This document shows positions 49,450 to 60,023 of a stretch of 64,000 nt of DNA, piece after piece. Numbering within the stretch: position 1 is the stretch's first letter; each line of letters starts with the position of its first letter. A program made the position numbers and the translations under genes. Below the pieces are notes generated by a model. The model had not been told where the DNA came from, searched no databases, and saw nothing but the letters and a program-made list of their open reading frames with translations. Origin of the DNA: Halieaceae bacterium (lineage in GTDB: Bacteria; Pseudomonadota; Gammaproteobacteria; Pseudomonadales; Halieaceae); the NCBI GenBank assembly GCA_038134505.1, contig JAYPVH010000008.1:13567-77566 (forward strand). Reading direction: 5' to 3'.

Positions 49450-50043
49450 TCATAAAGTGACCTGCTCTAAACAGTGACGCAACAACGTATGTCCATGCTC
49501 AGTTAGCACCGATTCTGGATGAAATTGCACCCCTTCCACCAACAGCTCACGATGACGCAGGCCCATGATGGCCTCGCGTTGGCCCTCAGGGGTCTCTGTC
49601 CAGGCGGTGATTTCCAAGCAATCGGGTAGCGACTCAGGCTCTACCACTAGGCTGTGGTAACGCGTCGCGATAAATGGATTGGGAAGCTCACGAAATACAC
49701 CCTGACCATTGTGATAGATCGCGCTCGTTTTACCGTGCATCACCGATGGCGCTCGCAGAATCTTAGCGCCAAAGGCCGCGCCGATACTCTGCAGACCCAG
49801 GCAGACACCAAAAATGGGATATCTCCCCGAAAACTCTCGAATCGCGGACAGCGAAATGCCAGCCTCATTAGGCGAACACGGGCCCGGTGAGATAAACAAC
49901 ATATCGGGCGACTGCGCTTCAATACCCGCCAGATCGATTTGGTCATTGCGAACAACATCGACTTCAGCGCCCAACTCCCACAGGTACTGCACGATGTTCC
50001 AGGTAAAGGAATCATAATTATCAATCATGAGTACACGCGCCAT
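49450..50043 (-). CDS. trpG: anthranilate synthase component II (glutamine amidotransferase)
   Basis: Class-I GATase with GVCLGLQ (catalytic Cys) and GVQFHPES. Confidence 0.93.
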   Translation of the reverse strand: MARVLMIDNYDSFTWNIVQYLWELGAEVDVVRNDQIDLAGIEAQSPDMLFISPGPCSPNEAGISLSAIREFSGRYPIFGVCLGLQSIGAAFGAKILRAPSVMHGKTSAIYHNGQGVFRELPNPFIATRYHSLVVEPESLPDCLEITAWTETPEGQREAIMGLRHRELLVEGVQFHPESVLTEHGHTLLRHCLEQVTL

Positions 50044-50048
50044 GGCGA

Positions 50049-51542
50049 CTAGACCCCAACCTCAGTCATGGCAACAGCGCGAAGAATCGCGCGCGCCTTA
50101 TTTACTGTCTCTTCCCACTCACTCTGTGGCACAGAGTCCGCGACAATACCTGCGCCGGCTTGCACCACCAACTTGCCTGACTTAATCACCGCCGTACGAA
50201 TAGCAATCGCAGTATCCATATCTCCTGCCCATGAGAGATATCCGATAGCGCCGCCATAGACACCCCGTTTCACAGGTTCGAGCTCATCAATAATTTCCAT
50301 AGCGCGGACCTTTGGCGCTCCGCTCAAAGTCCCTGCGGGCAAGGTGGCACGCAGCGCATCAATTGCCGACAAGCCACTGCGCGCGGTGCCGGTCACGTTG
50401 GAGACAATGTGCATAACGTGGGAGTAGCGCTCAACCACCATATTTTCTGTGACCTGCACCGAACCGGGCTGCGCGATGCGACCCACGTCGTTGCGACCCA
50501 AATCAATGAGCATGAGATGCTCAGCTATTTCTTTTGCATCCGCCAATAGGTCAGCGGCCAAAGCCGCATCCTCGGCATCATTTTTGCCGCGCTTGCGCGT
50601 ACCCGCTATCGGACGTACGGTGATTTGCCCTGCCTCTGCGCGAACGAGAATTTCTGGCGAGGAACCGACGATCTGAAAATCACCCAGATCAAGAAAGTAA
50701 AGATAAGGCGATGGATTTAAATTACGTAGCGCCCGATACAGCGTCAGCGGTTGCGCCTGATAATCAAGCACCATGCGCTGGGAGGGGACCACTTGCATGA
50801 CATCGCCATCAAGAATGTATTCCTTTATCCGCGTGACCCAATCCTCGAATTCAGCCTTCGGCGTAACGTAGGTTGCCCTAGCCTCGACGGCGGCTGTCTC
50901 GATCTGACCAAGCGCCACGGGTTCTTGTTCGCCCACGGGCTGTGCCAGCTTAGACTCCAGGGCTTCTAAGCGTCGTTCGGCTGCACCGATGGAATCTGCG
51001 TCACTGGGATCCACGTTGATGACCATGGTCAAAGTGCCCGCGAGGTTATCGAAGACGACAACCTCCTCAGCAACCATCAGTAAAATATCAGGGTTGCCTA
51101 GGGGATCTTCCCGGGTACTAAGCCCCAAACGGGTCTCGACGTACCGCACCGCATCGTAACCAAAATAACCCACCAGCCCGCCATGAAATACCGGCAGATT
51201 GGGCTGAGGCGCCACATGAAATAACCGCTGGTATTGCTCGACGAAAGCCAGAGGATCTGAAACCTCTTGTACCGACAGCACGTCATCACCACGGTACTCG
51301 GTCACTTCGCAACCAGAAACACTTAACCATTGGGTCGCCGGCAGACCGATGATGGAATAGCGCCCCCATTTTTCTCCGCCTTGCACTGACTCAAATAAAA
51401 ACGAGCGTGGACCTCGCGCAAGCTTTTGGTAAACGGATAAAGGGGTTTCCGTGTCGGCGAGAACAGTCCTCGCCACTGGAACCCGGTTATAGCCCTGCGC
51501 AGCTAAAACTGTCAGCTGGTCCTCTTGCACGTTACTCAGCAC
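50049..51542 (-). CDS. trpE: anthranilate synthase component I
   Basis: Chorismate-binding core with [15 protein letters not shown] and [10 protein letters not shown]. Confidence 0.95.
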   Translation of the reverse strand: MLSNVQEDQLTVLAAQGYNRVPVARTVLADTETPLSVYQKLARGPRSFLFESVQGGEKWGRYSIIGLPATQWLSVSGCEVTEYRGDDVLSVQEVSDPLAFVEQYQRLFHVAPQPNLPVFHGGLVGYFGYDAVRYVETRLGLSTREDPLGNPDILLMVAEEVVVFDNLAGTLTMVINVDPSDADSIGAAERRLEALESKLAQPVGEQEPVALGQIETAAVEARATYVTPKAEFEDWVTRIKEYILDGDVMQVVPSQRMVLDYQAQPLTLYRALRNLNPSPYLYFLDLGDFQIVGSSPEILVRAEAGQITVRPIAGTRKRGKNDAEDAALAADLLADAKEIAEHLMLIDLGRNDVGRIAQPGSVQVTENMVVERYSHVMHIVSNVTGTARSGLSAIDALRATLPAGTLSGAPKVRAMEIIDELEPVKRGVYGGAIGYLSWAGDMDTAIAIRTAVIKSGKLVVQAGAGIVADSVPQSEWEETVNKARAILRAVAMTEVGV

Positions 51543-52206
51543 CTTTTGAAAGCTCAGCGCGCATCCTATCGATCACTACCTTGTAATCCGGTTGATTAAA
51601 AATGGCCGAACCAGCTACAAAGGTGTCCGCACCAGCGGTCGCAATGTCGGCGATGTTGTCCGGCGTCACGCCACCATCGACTTCCAAGCGAATATTCAGG
51701 CCCGACTGGTCAATCAGCGCGCGCGCCTCTCGGAGCTTATTCAAAGTCGACGGAATGAACTTTTGACCACCAAAGCCCGGGTTTACCGACATCAATAGCA
51801 CCATGTCTACCTTATCCATAACGTAGCGCAACACATCTAAGGGAGTCGCCGGGTTAAAAACCAGACCCGCACGGCAACCGCGATCGCGTATCAGTTGTAG
51901 CGAACGATCGATATGCTGAGACGCCTCTGGATGAAACGTGATGATCGAGGCGCCAGCATCAGCAAACAAACCGATCAGCGAATCCACGGGCTGCACCATA
52001 AGATGGACATCGATGGGCGCTGTAATACCAAAGTCCCTGAGTGCCTGACACACCATTGGTCCAATCGTGAGATTGGGAACGTAGTGGTTATCCATGACAT
52101 CAAAGTGAACAAGATCGGCTCCAGCCGCTAACACTGCCGAGACGTCGTCACCGAGACGCGCAAAATCCGCAGAAAGGATCGAAGGGGCTATCTGATAATC
52201 GCGCAT
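51532..52206 (-). CDS. rpe: ribulose-phosphate 3-epimerase
   Basis: [15 protein letters not shown]-terminus and [12 protein letters not shown]. 11-nt overlap with the trpE start. Confidence 0.95.
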   Translation of the reverse strand: MRDYQIAPSILSADFARLGDDVSAVLAAGADLVHFDVMDNHYVPNLTIGPMVCQALRDFGITAPIDVHLMVQPVDSLIGLFADAGASIITFHPEASQHIDRSLQLIRDRGCRAGLVFNPATPLDVLRYVMDKVDMVLLMSVNPGFGGQKFIPSTLNKLREARALIDQSGLNIRLEVDGGVTPDNIADIATAGADTFVAGSAIFNQPDYKVVIDRMRAELSKGAE

Positions 52207-52267
52207 GTTGACCCACCGGGCTGTTCGAGAGCGTCTAGTTTACTGGTTGCGGCGCCGAGGCGCGAAT

Positions 52268-52951
52268 TTAATGGTGCCCAACTACTGCCATCTGGGCATT
52301 TAAGGCATCCAAGCGCTCAGGTGTCCCCACATCGCACCATGTCGCATTCAGCGGCTCTCCTGTGAGCTTGCCAGCCTGTGCCGCGACCTCGAGCAAAGGT
52401 CGCAATGCTCGCTTCCCCTCTTCGTAACCTGAAAACAATGTTGGACAAAAAATACCAACACCGCTGTAAGTCATCGGCTCGCCGCGACCATCAAGAGAGA
52501 GCCGGCCCTGCCACAGGACGAAGTCACCCCCCGGGTGATGCGCTGGGTTGTCGACCATGAACAAATGCGCCCCGCCGCAAGCCGGTCTAATCGATAGCAA
52601 TGGAGTGAAATCGAGGTCGGTGTACACATCGGCGCTGATGACAAGAAACGGCTCTGCGCCGAGTAAATCTCTGGCCTGAATGATGCCGCCGGCAGTCTCA
52701 AGCGGCGTCTCCTCGACACTCATTGCGATATCTAGACCCCACTGCTGTCCGTCACCACAAAACGCAATAATCTGCTCCCCAAGCCAACTGACATTGACCA
52801 CCACCGACTCGATTCCGGCTTTAGCTAGGGCGCGCAGATGTCTCTCCAACAAGGGCAGGCCCGCAACTTGTAAAAGCGGCTTAGGCACGCGCTGAGTCAG
52901 CGGTCGCATACGGCGGCCCTCTCCCGCAGCCAACACCATCGCGCGCATCAT
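52268..52951 (-). CDS. murU: N-acetylmuramate alpha-1-phosphate uridylyltransferase
   Basis: Nucleotidyltransferase N-terminus MRAMVLAAGEGRRMRPLT. The ATG at 52951 overlaps the amgK stop (ATGA). The amgK-murU pair beside lptD is as recalled for Pseudomonas. Confidence 0.85.
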   Translation of the reverse strand: MMRAMVLAAGEGRRMRPLTQRVPKPLLQVAGLPLLERHLRALAKAGIESVVVNVSWLGEQIIAFCGDGQQWGLDIAMSVEETPLETAGGIIQARDLLGAEPFLVISADVYTDLDFTPLLSIRPACGGAHLFMVDNPAHHPGGDFVLWQGRLSLDGRGEPMTYSGVGIFCPTLFSGYEEGKRALRPLLEVAAQAGKLTGEPLNATWCDVGTPERLDALNAQMAVVGHH

Positions 52952-54003
52952 GCTATCTGATTCTCCGAGGCATCCTCGGCCCACTTCTGTTGAGCAATCA
53001 AAGGCATCAAAGTCGTCTGCAGCCAAGAGTCAAACTCAGCGACGGCCGTATCCGTGTCACGGTACAGCGCTAGCGCTTCCAAAACATAAGCCAAAACGCG
53101 CGGCAAATCGGACAAATAGCCCGCTTTGGCGTCGCGAAGATAGAGTCGAGAAAACACACCCAGCACCTTGATATGACGCTGCAAGCCCATCAAATCAAAC
53201 CAGCGCGTAAACGTGTCGAAACCGACATTGAGGACCACATCAGCTTGAATCGCCTCGTAATACTGTGACAACCAACCCAACTGCTGGTCTCTAGGCCATC
53301 TGATGTAACAATCCTTCCAAATCGAAACGGCATCATAAGTAATGGGGCCCCACACCGCATCTTGGAAATCGATAGTCGCCAGCTCATCTACGCCGGTCAC
53401 CATGAGATTGCGACAGTGATAATCGCGATGGACAAAAACCTGCGGTTGAGCTGCCGCGCTGACTAGCAGCGTTTCTGACAACGCAGAAAATACCAGCGCA
53501 TCACGATCAGTGCAGGTGTATCCCAGCAACGCCTGCACAAACCACGTCATAAACACATCGAGCTCTGTCTGCAACCGCGTGCGGTCGTATTTGGGCAAAC
53601 GAGGGACCCCTGGCTCGAGCCTCACGAACTGGCAGATCTGATTTCTGGCGACGCCATACCAGTGATCGGCGTTATGGGGATTCAATCGATCTTGCAGCGG
53701 CGTGTCCCCTAAGTCCTCGAGCAACATCCAGCCTGTCGCCGCATCGGCGGCCAAGCAACGCGGCACACGAATGCCAAATTGTTCGAGCTGCGCACGAATC
53801 GATAGAAATTCTGTGGTCTTTTCGCTTTGGGGCGCATCGACAGCAACGCATGTGCGTTGAGGACCGAGCTCAACTGCTGCACGCACTCGCCAATAGCGTC
53901 GCGGACTCGCATCACCTGCAAGCCAAGCAACATCGATCGCATCCCAGCGAGTCTCTCGACGCAGCCAGTCCATCATCCCTTCTGGCATTGCCTGATTAAC
54001 CAT
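52948..54003 (-). CDS. amgK: N-acetylmuramate/N-acetylglucosamine kinase (aminoglycoside phosphotransferase fold)
   Basis: APH-fold motifs VFVHRDYHCRNLM and IDFQD. Adjacent to murU. Confidence 0.82.
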   Translation of the reverse strand: MVNQAMPEGMMDWLRRETRWDAIDVAWLAGDASPRRYWRVRAAVELGPQRTCVAVDAPQSEKTTEFLSIRAQLEQFGIRVPRCLAADAATGWMLLEDLGDTPLQDRLNPHNADHWYGVARNQICQFVRLEPGVPRLPKYDRTRLQTELDVFMTWFVQALLGYTCTDRDALVFSALSETLLVSAAAQPQVFVHRDYHCRNLMVTGVDELATIDFQDAVWGPITYDAVSIWKDCYIRWPRDQQLGWLSQYYEAIQADVVLNVGFDTFTRWFDLMGLQRHIKVLGVFSRLYLRDAKAGYLSDLPRVLAYVLEALALYRDTDTAVAEFDSWLQTTLMPLIAQQKWAEDASENQIA

Positions 54004-54111
54004 GCGCTATGATTCCCTCCGCAACAACCGATTTCCGTCTCTATGAATTCAGTTTTGCATTACAAACTGTGCTTTAAAGCGCCGCGTAAGATGGGAAGAT
54101 TGCACTACTGA

Positions 54112-54154
54112 GAGACGAGCGCAAGGGTGTCGCTTGCTTTATCATGCTCGTCTC
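54112..54154 (+). promoter_or_regulatory. imperfect stem-loop / inverted repeat enclosing the annotated lptD start codon
   Basis: gagacgagc (54112-54120) is the exact reverse complement of gctcgtctc (54146-54154). An inner stem pairs gcaag (54121-54125) with cttgc (54133-54137) around a 7-nt loop and an 8-nt bulge. The ATG at 54144 lies inside the 3' arm region. Confidence 0.35.
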
Positions 54155-56582
54155 ATGGGTAACCCCTCAGCGACCAAGGTCAACGGCTTCTTTGAACACG
54201 CTATCCTCAGCCTCAATATCGAGTCCTCTGATTAGAGTTCTCATCCTCACCCTACTGGTGCTACTGGGCATGGCGGGCGCTGCATCAGTGCAATCGGCTG
54301 CGTTGCAGGAAGAGCGCGTGCTCGCCACAGGCGAATGGAAATCGCTGACTGACATCCCCGTCGATCAACAGACTCTGCGCTGTCGGCAGTGTAATGGGCG
54401 CTACGTTGACCCGCTCTCCGAGACAGACCGCTCTCTGACTCCTGAAACCGCCGAGATGTCGATCTCAGCAGACGCATCGAGCATGGCAGACCAGACGATG
54501 TTGTTCGAGGGGGACGTCCGATTGCGCCAGGGCTACCGACAACTGCGAGCTGACACACTACGGATCGATCGATCGGGTACGCAAGTTGAGGCAGAGGGAC
54601 ACATTGTATTGCGTGAACCCGGTGTGGCGCTCAGTGGGACACGTGCAACGTTTGATCGTGACCGAGGTGATGCGACTTTAGAGCAGGTCGAGTTCGTAGC
54701 ACATGACGCGGGGCTATCTGGACATGCAGAGTCTCTACAACGACGCGCTGATGGCCAGATTCTCGTTTCCAATGGGACAATGACTTTTTGCGCGCCCGAA
54801 GACCCGTCTTGGCTATTTCAGGCCGAGAATATCCTGCTGTCACCCAACGCAGGCGTGGGCGAGGCGACCGATGCAACGCTGCAAGTCGCAGGCATGCCTG
54901 TGCTCTACCTGCCCTGGCTTCAGTTCCCACTCAATGATGCTCGCAAATCTGGCTTGCTATTCCCTGATATTGGCAGCGATACGCGCGGCGGGCTGGACAT
55001 CACCCTGCCCATCTATTGGAACCTCGCACCCAACTACGATCTCACCTATAGTCCGCGCTGGATTCAAGATCGCGGCTTGAGCCACGGGGTGCAAGGTCGC
55101 TGGCTCGACAGCAAGATTGATTATTGGGAATTTAACGGCCAGCTCCTCAGCGGTGATTCCGAGTACCAAAATCAAAACCCGGGCGCGACGGGAGACCGCT
55201 GGAGTGCGCAGATCCAGCACGAGGGCAGGCATGGATTAGGCTGGAACACTGAGGTGGACTTCACCAAGGTGAGTGATGTTGACTTTATCAGAGATCTCGA
55301 TACGCAAAGCCTTAGCGCTCAACGCCAGACCGCCCTGCTGCAATATGCGCGTGCCGAGTGGCAAGGCGATGCCTGGCTCGCGCGGTTAGAGGCACAACAG
55401 TTCCAATCGATTGCGGCGGACATTCGTGAGGACTACAAGAAGTTACCTCAAATCACCTTGGCTTATCTCGGTCACGCGAGAGCAGTGGGTTTGCAGCCCT
55501 TGGCCAAAGTGCAGTACACACGTTTCGAAGGCGCCACCGATCAAGTACATGGCGATCGGCTTTACGCGGAAATCGGCATGACCTATGACGCGCGGTCCGC
55601 CTTTGGTTACCTAAAGCCCACGCTAAAGTATCGTCAGGTCAGCTATGACTTGACCGATGATGAGCCGTTAATTGAGAGTACCCCCAGCGCGGGGGCCGCG
55701 CATTTCAGCCTAGACAGCGGACTCATTTTTGAAAGACAGGTCGACTGGAACAAATCGCGGCTGACGCAAACTCTCGAACCACGAATTTACTATCGTTACT
55801 CCGAGCAGACTGAGCAAACCAATCTGCCCGATTTCGATAGTGCGGAGCTGACATTTTCTTACCAGCAACTCTACCGCGACAGTCGCTTTGCAGGTTATGA
55901 CCGAATTGATGACGCCAACCAGCTATCGCTCGGCGTCACTAGCCGCTTTTTTGATCGTGAGTCGGGACGCGAGCATCTGAGCGTCAGTCTCGGTCAGATT
56001 GTTTATTTTAGAGATCGGGAAATCCGACTTAACGGCACTGACCCCGTGCTCAACGAGAGGCTGTCTCCTCTGGCAACAGAGGTGGCTTGGCAGCCCGGGG
56101 GTCGTTGGTGGCTTCGCGCGAACGCACTCTACGACTACCGAGACAATCGGTTCGATGCGGCGAGCCTCCAGGCAATCTACCGAAAACCCAACGGTCTGGT
56201 CGTCAATGCCGGTTACACGCTGCGGGAACCGCCACCCTCATTAGTCGGCCGCCCGGTGACGGAGCAGGCCAATATTTCAGGCTATTTACCGATCGATGAT
56301 CGCTGGCGAGTCTTCGGTGCATTCGAATATTCACTAGAGGCAGATCGCAGCGTAGAGGAAATGATCGGAGTCGAGTACGATGACTGTTGCTGGCGCTTCC
56401 GAGTGCTCTACATGGGCTATGTGGATGCCCTTGCCAACGATGAATTCAATTTTCAGAACGCTCCGCTTGACCGGGAACACGCGATACAATTTCAGGTCTT
56501 ACTTAAAGGCATGGGTGGGTTTGGCCGCCGTGTCGATAATTTGCTCAGGGACATGATCCGAGGCTTCAATGATATCGATTAA
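54144..56582 (+). CDS. lptD: LPS-assembly outer-membrane protein LptD
   Basis: 812 aa with an OstA-like N-terminal domain and a large beta-barrel. Followed by surA-pdxA as in other Gammaproteobacteria. The long n-region before the signal peptide leaves the start uncertain. Confidence 0.92.
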   Translation: MLVSWVTPQRPRSTASLNTLSSASISSPLIRVLILTLLVLLGMAGAASVQSAALQEERVLATGEWKSLTDIPVDQQTLRCRQCNGRYVDPLSETDRSLTPETAEMSISADASSMADQTMLFEGDVRLRQGYRQLRADTLRIDRSGTQVEAEGHIVLREPGVALSGTRATFDRDRGDATLEQVEFVAHDAGLSGHAESLQRRADGQILVSNGTMTFCAPEDPSWLFQAENILLSPNAGVGEATDATLQVAGMPVLYLPWLQFPLNDARKSGLLFPDIGSDTRGGLDITLPIYWNLAPNYDLTYSPRWIQDRGLSHGVQGRWLDSKIDYWEFNGQLLSGDSEYQNQNPGATGDRWSAQIQHEGRHGLGWNTEVDFTKVSDVDFIRDLDTQSLSAQRQTALLQYARAEWQGDAWLARLEAQQFQSIAADIREDYKKLPQITLAYLGHARAVGLQPLAKVQYTRFEGATDQVHGDRLYAEIGMTYDARSAFGYLKPTLKYRQVSYDLTDDEPLIESTPSAGAAHFSLDSGLIFERQVDWNKSRLTQTLEPRIYYRYSEQTEQTNLPDFDSAELTFSYQQLYRDSRFAGYDRIDDANQLSLGVTSRFFDRESGREHLSVSLGQIVYFRDREIRLNGTDPVLNERLSPLATEVAWQPGGRWWLRANALYDYRDNRFDAASLQAIYRKPNGLVVNAGYTLREPPPSLVGRPVTEQANISGYLPIDDRWRVFGAFEYSLEADRSVEEMIGVEYDDCCWRFRVLYMGYVDALANDEFNFQNAPLDREHAIQFQVLLKGMGGFGRRVDNLLRDMIRGFNDID

Positions 56583-57858
56583 TCAATCTCCTTTTCTTCG
56601 CTCGATGCGCCATGTGTTCGTTCTTGGGGTACTGCTATCTGCCTCCGTACAGGCACAAGTGGAGACGTTAGACAAGGTCATCGCCATTATTGATGACGAC
56701 GTCATTATGGCCAGTGAACTGCAAGAGCGCCTGGACGCTGTTCGCGCCAACATCGCCGCATCCGGTGCGCAAAGTCCTCCTGAAGACCTACTGGTTCAAG
56801 AAACACTGGATCGACTGATATTGGAAAGCATTCAGTTGCAACTGGCGGCACGCTATGGCGTCCGCATCCCCGACGCCCAACTAGATGACTCAATGCAGCG
56901 CATTGCCGCACAGAATGGACTATCGCTAGCACAATTCCGCGGTGCGCTTGAAGCGCAGGGTCAAAGCTATTTGTTGCTGCGCGAAAATATGCGCAACGAG
57001 TTGGCTATCCAGCGTGTTCAACAGGGCAGTGTGATGAGCAACATCAACATTTCCGAGCAGGAAATCGACAACTACATGGCGACTGCGGAGGGGGAGGCAT
57101 TGATTGAGCCGCAGTACCACGTGGTTCAAGCACTACTGGCAACCTCATCGGCCGATTCAAGCCAGGCAGTTCAGGACAAAGAAGCCTATGTCGACAGTGT
57201 ATTAGCAGCCATCCTCGCCGGCCAGTCCTATGAGGAAGCGGTGAGCACCCTCGAACCTTACGCTTTCACCGGTGGTGATTTGGGCTGGCGCAAAGTCAGC
57301 GACCTACCGAGTATGTTTGCCGATATCGTACCCACGCTCGCACCGGGCGAAACAGGCAAAGTCAAGTCGGGCAGCGGTTTTCATTTGGTCTATCTCGCTG
57401 AAGCGCGCGGCATTCAGGAAATGGTGAACCAGACTGAAGTACGCCATATTTTGGTGGTGCCCACTGAGGTATTGTCTGAGGAGGCAGCGGAAAATTTGGC
57501 CAACTCCCTTCGCGATCGAATTAATGCGGGCGAGGATTTTGCAGATCTCGCCAAAGAATTTTCAGACGATATTGGCTCAGCACAGGAGGGTGGCTCCCTA
57601 GGCTGGACCAGTCCTGGGCAGATGGTACCTGAGTTCGAACAACAGATGCTCAATGTCGCTGAGGGCGAAGTGACACCGGCGTTCCAGAGCCGCTTCGGCT
57701 GGCACATCCTTGAGGTGACAGGACGACGAGAGAAGGACTTCTCCAATGAAATGCGCCGTAGGCAGATCGCCAATTTCCTGAGCGAGGAAAAGTATCAAGA
57801 GGAATTAGAGGCTTGGTTACGAAAGATTCGCCAGGACGCTTTTGTTGACATCAAATAA
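56569..57858 (+). CDS. surA: periplasmic chaperone / peptidyl-prolyl isomerase SurA
   Basis: Signal peptide followed by a SurA N-domain. Two parvulin domains are present (GDLGW..., FGWHILEV). The start is 56569 or ATG 56605. Confidence 0.93.
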   Translation: MISINQSPFLRSMRHVFVLGVLLSASVQAQVETLDKVIAIIDDDVIMASELQERLDAVRANIAASGAQSPPEDLLVQETLDRLILESIQLQLAARYGVRIPDAQLDDSMQRIAAQNGLSLAQFRGALEAQGQSYLLLRENMRNELAIQRVQQGSVMSNINISEQEIDNYMATAEGEALIEPQYHVVQALLATSSADSSQAVQDKEAYVDSVLAAILAGQSYEEAVSTLEPYAFTGGDLGWRKVSDLPSMFADIVPTLAPGETGKVKSGSGFHLVYLAEARGIQEMVNQTEVRHILVVPTEVLSEEAAENLANSLRDRINAGEDFADLAKEFSDDIGSAQEGGSLGWTSPGQMVPEFEQQMLNVAEGEVTPAFQSRFGWHILEVTGRREKDFSNEMRRRQIANFLSEEKYQEELEAWLRKIRQDAFVDIK

Positions 57859-57877
57859 TCCAGCCAACCAGCAGGTC

Positions 57878-58849
57878 ATGCGACCGATCATACTCACAGC
57901 GGGTGAGCCCGCCGGTATTGGCCCCGATATTGTTCTCGCCGCGGCGTGCCAAGACTGGCCGGTCAATCTCGTCTGTGTTGCTGATCAGGCGTTGCTCCGC
58001 GAGCGCGCGCAAGCGCTGGGAATCGATATCGTGCTGCGCGAGTTCGAATCATTTCAAGAGACCACTGCGCATCAGCCGGGAACGCTGCATGTCATTGATA
58101 TCCCTCTCAGCGCAGCTGTTGTGCCTGGAGTCCTCAATACCGCAAATGCTAGTTATGTGCTCGCAACGCTTGATTGTGCGATAGAGCTATGCCGCAGTGG
58201 TGATATGCATGCAATGGTCACAGCACCGGTACAGAAATCGGTGATCAATGAAGCGGGTATTCCGTTTCAAGGGCATACCGAATTTATCGCATCGGCATTG
58301 AACATCCCACGAGTCGTCATGATGCTTGTCGCAGAGACGCTCCGCGTTGCACTGGCAACCACTCACCTGCCACTCAGTGAAGTGCCCAAGGCCATCACCG
58401 AGGAGAATCTCTCGCAGACCCTAGATATTTTGCACCGTGGGTTACAGCAGCTCGGGTTTTCAGCGCCGCGCTTGAGTGTACTCGGTTTAAATCCTCATGC
58501 GGGTGAATCGGGTTATCTCGGTCGGGAGGAGCTGGAGATCATTATGCCGGTCTGTGACCGGCTTCGCGCAGCGGGAATGACATTGCACGGCCCGATCTCA
58601 GCGGATACCGCGTTTACCGGTGCGCAGCGGGCGAATACGGATGCCTATCTGGCGATGTACCACGATCAAGGCCTGCCGGTATTAAAAGCAGTGGGATTCG
58701 GTCAAGCGGTTAACGTGACACTAGGGTTACCGATTATTCGCACATCAGTCGATCACGGCACCGCGCTGTCAATTGCGGGAACCGGTCGCGCCGACGCCAG
58801 TAGCCTCATGAAAGCGATTGAGCTCGCAGCGTCAATGAAGCTCTCTTAA
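57878..58849 (+). CDS. pdxA: 4-hydroxythreonine-4-phosphate dehydrogenase
   Basis: MRPIILTAGEPAGIGPD N-terminus and GLNPHAGE motif. Confidence 0.94.
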   Translation: MRPIILTAGEPAGIGPDIVLAAACQDWPVNLVCVADQALLRERAQALGIDIVLREFESFQETTAHQPGTLHVIDIPLSAAVVPGVLNTANASYVLATLDCAIELCRSGDMHAMVTAPVQKSVINEAGIPFQGHTEFIASALNIPRVVMMLVAETLRVALATTHLPLSEVPKAITEENLSQTLDILHRGLQQLGFSAPRLSVLGLNPHAGESGYLGREELEIIMPVCDRLRAAGMTLHGPISADTAFTGAQRANTDAYLAMYHDQGLPVLKAVGFGQAVNVTLGLPIIRTSVDHGTALSIAGTGRADASSLMKAIELAASMKLS

Positions 58850-59788
58850 CTCAGCGTTGGCGCGCAGTTTTTTAGCCCATTGTTGTAGGAGGGAGGCGTG
58901 GGTCTCGATCAGCTGATCGGCGCTGTCCATGAGCAAGGAGAGGTTATCTGCAGAGGCATCATCCAAGTCATCGCTGGGACGCTGCAGACTCAGCTGCAGC
59001 CGTTGATACCTTGCGCCCAACAAGAGACGCATTTGGTAGTCCGCCGCCTCGGCAATGCCATCAAACATGCAGTCAATCAGCGGCCTCACCCAGCCTACCT
59101 TGCCCCAATGTCGAGCGTCTTCGAAGTGAATAGGTCGCGTGAGCTCACCGGTTCCGAGTGACAACACTGACAGAGAGTCGCCAGGGAATCGTTTCAAGGC
59201 CTCTGCGTAAGCAGATACCGCCGGGGAATTCATGAAGATTCCGCCATCGATGAGCGCCTGCGCCTCACCGTCAACGGTCAACTCCATGGGCTCGAAATAC
59301 GTGGGCGCCGCCGCAGTAGCCCTTGCCGCTTGCCAGACGGGCACCTGTGCATGTCGAGGATGCCAGGTCTTCAGAAACAGGGTTTTGCGCTGCTCTAGGG
59401 CATAGGCCGGTACCATGGTGGCGACGGCGGCGTCACCTAAAACCCGATCACCGAAGAAATCTCGTAACTCTGACTCCAACGGCTGATGCGGATAGCGCTC
59501 ATCCAGCAAACCATTGGCCGAACGCAGGCGACGCCATAGGTTTGCATCAAAAATACGCTCCCCGCGCTCGAGATAAAGTGTCACCAGCTCATCGATCCGA
59601 GATGTCAATCGATGACTTGACGTGGCCAGCCCCAACGCCAACAAACCGCCCGTTGATGTGCCGGCCATGAGGTCAAATCCTGTAGCAATGGAGCACCCCG
59701 CCAGCGACTCGATATGCTGTAGTACACGCGCCGGGATAATGCCGCGAATACCCCCGCCGTCAATCGATAAAATCAAACGCTCTGACAT
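58832..59788 (-). CDS. patatin-like phospholipase
   Basis: All three catalytic motifs are intact: oxyanion hole SIDGGGIRG, nucleophile elbow GTSTG (GxSxG) and the catalytic Asp in LIDGGIF (DGG). Its 3' end overlaps the pdxA 3' end by 18 nt (convergent). Confidence 0.9.
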   Translation of the reverse strand: MSERLILSIDGGGIRGIIPARVLQHIESLAGCSIATGFDLMAGTSTGGLLALGLATSSHRLTSRIDELVTLYLERGERIFDANLWRRLRSANGLLDERYPHQPLESELRDFFGDRVLGDAAVATMVPAYALEQRKTLFLKTWHPRHAQVPVWQAARATAAAPTYFEPMELTVDGEAQALIDGGIFMNSPAVSAYAEALKRFPGDSLSVLSLGTGELTRPIHFEDARHWGKVGWVRPLIDCMFDGIAEAADYQMRLLLGARYQRLQLSLQRPSDDLDDASADNLSLLMDSADQLIETHASLLQQWAKKLRANAELRELH

Positions 59789-60023
59789 AAAAGCCTGTTC
59801 CTAAATTCTTCAAGCCGTGACCAAAAATAATTTAGCCATAAAATTTATTTTAAATTTTAATCATAAAAAAAATGATCGTTAATTTTTAAATAAATCGTGA
59901 AACTCATATCTTTTTAAAATATGAAGATGCCAATTTGTTTTTTTTAAAATATTTCAATTAAAATGAATTTCCGTAATGAGAAAAATTCTTTTTAGATGTT
60001 TGCAATAACAGTAGAGGAATAAA
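59789..60023. promoter_or_regulatory. AT-rich divergent promoter region (patatin <-> hns) with phased T5A3-4 repeats
   Basis: Roughly 20% GC by eye, against >55% in the flanks. The 12-mer tttttaaaatat occurs at 59911-59922 and 59941-59952 (30-bp spacing), and the related tttttaaata at 59883-59892. The hns SD GAGG (60014-60017) lies 6 nt before the ATG. Confidence 0.7.

Noticed and set aside
51532-51600. A trp leader peptide or attenuator upstream of trpE.
   Set aside because: The trpE start overlaps the rpe 3' end by 11 nt. That leaves no room for a leader ORF or terminator/antiterminator structure, and no Trp-Trp mini-ORF was seen.
58832-59788. Is the patatin-like phospholipase a CBASS (CapV-like) effector or part of another known defence operon?
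   Set aside because: No CD-NTase/cyclase, no Cap2/Cap3-like genes and no other defence-associated partner are adjacent. Its only neighbour is hns, so a defence role is unsupported by context.
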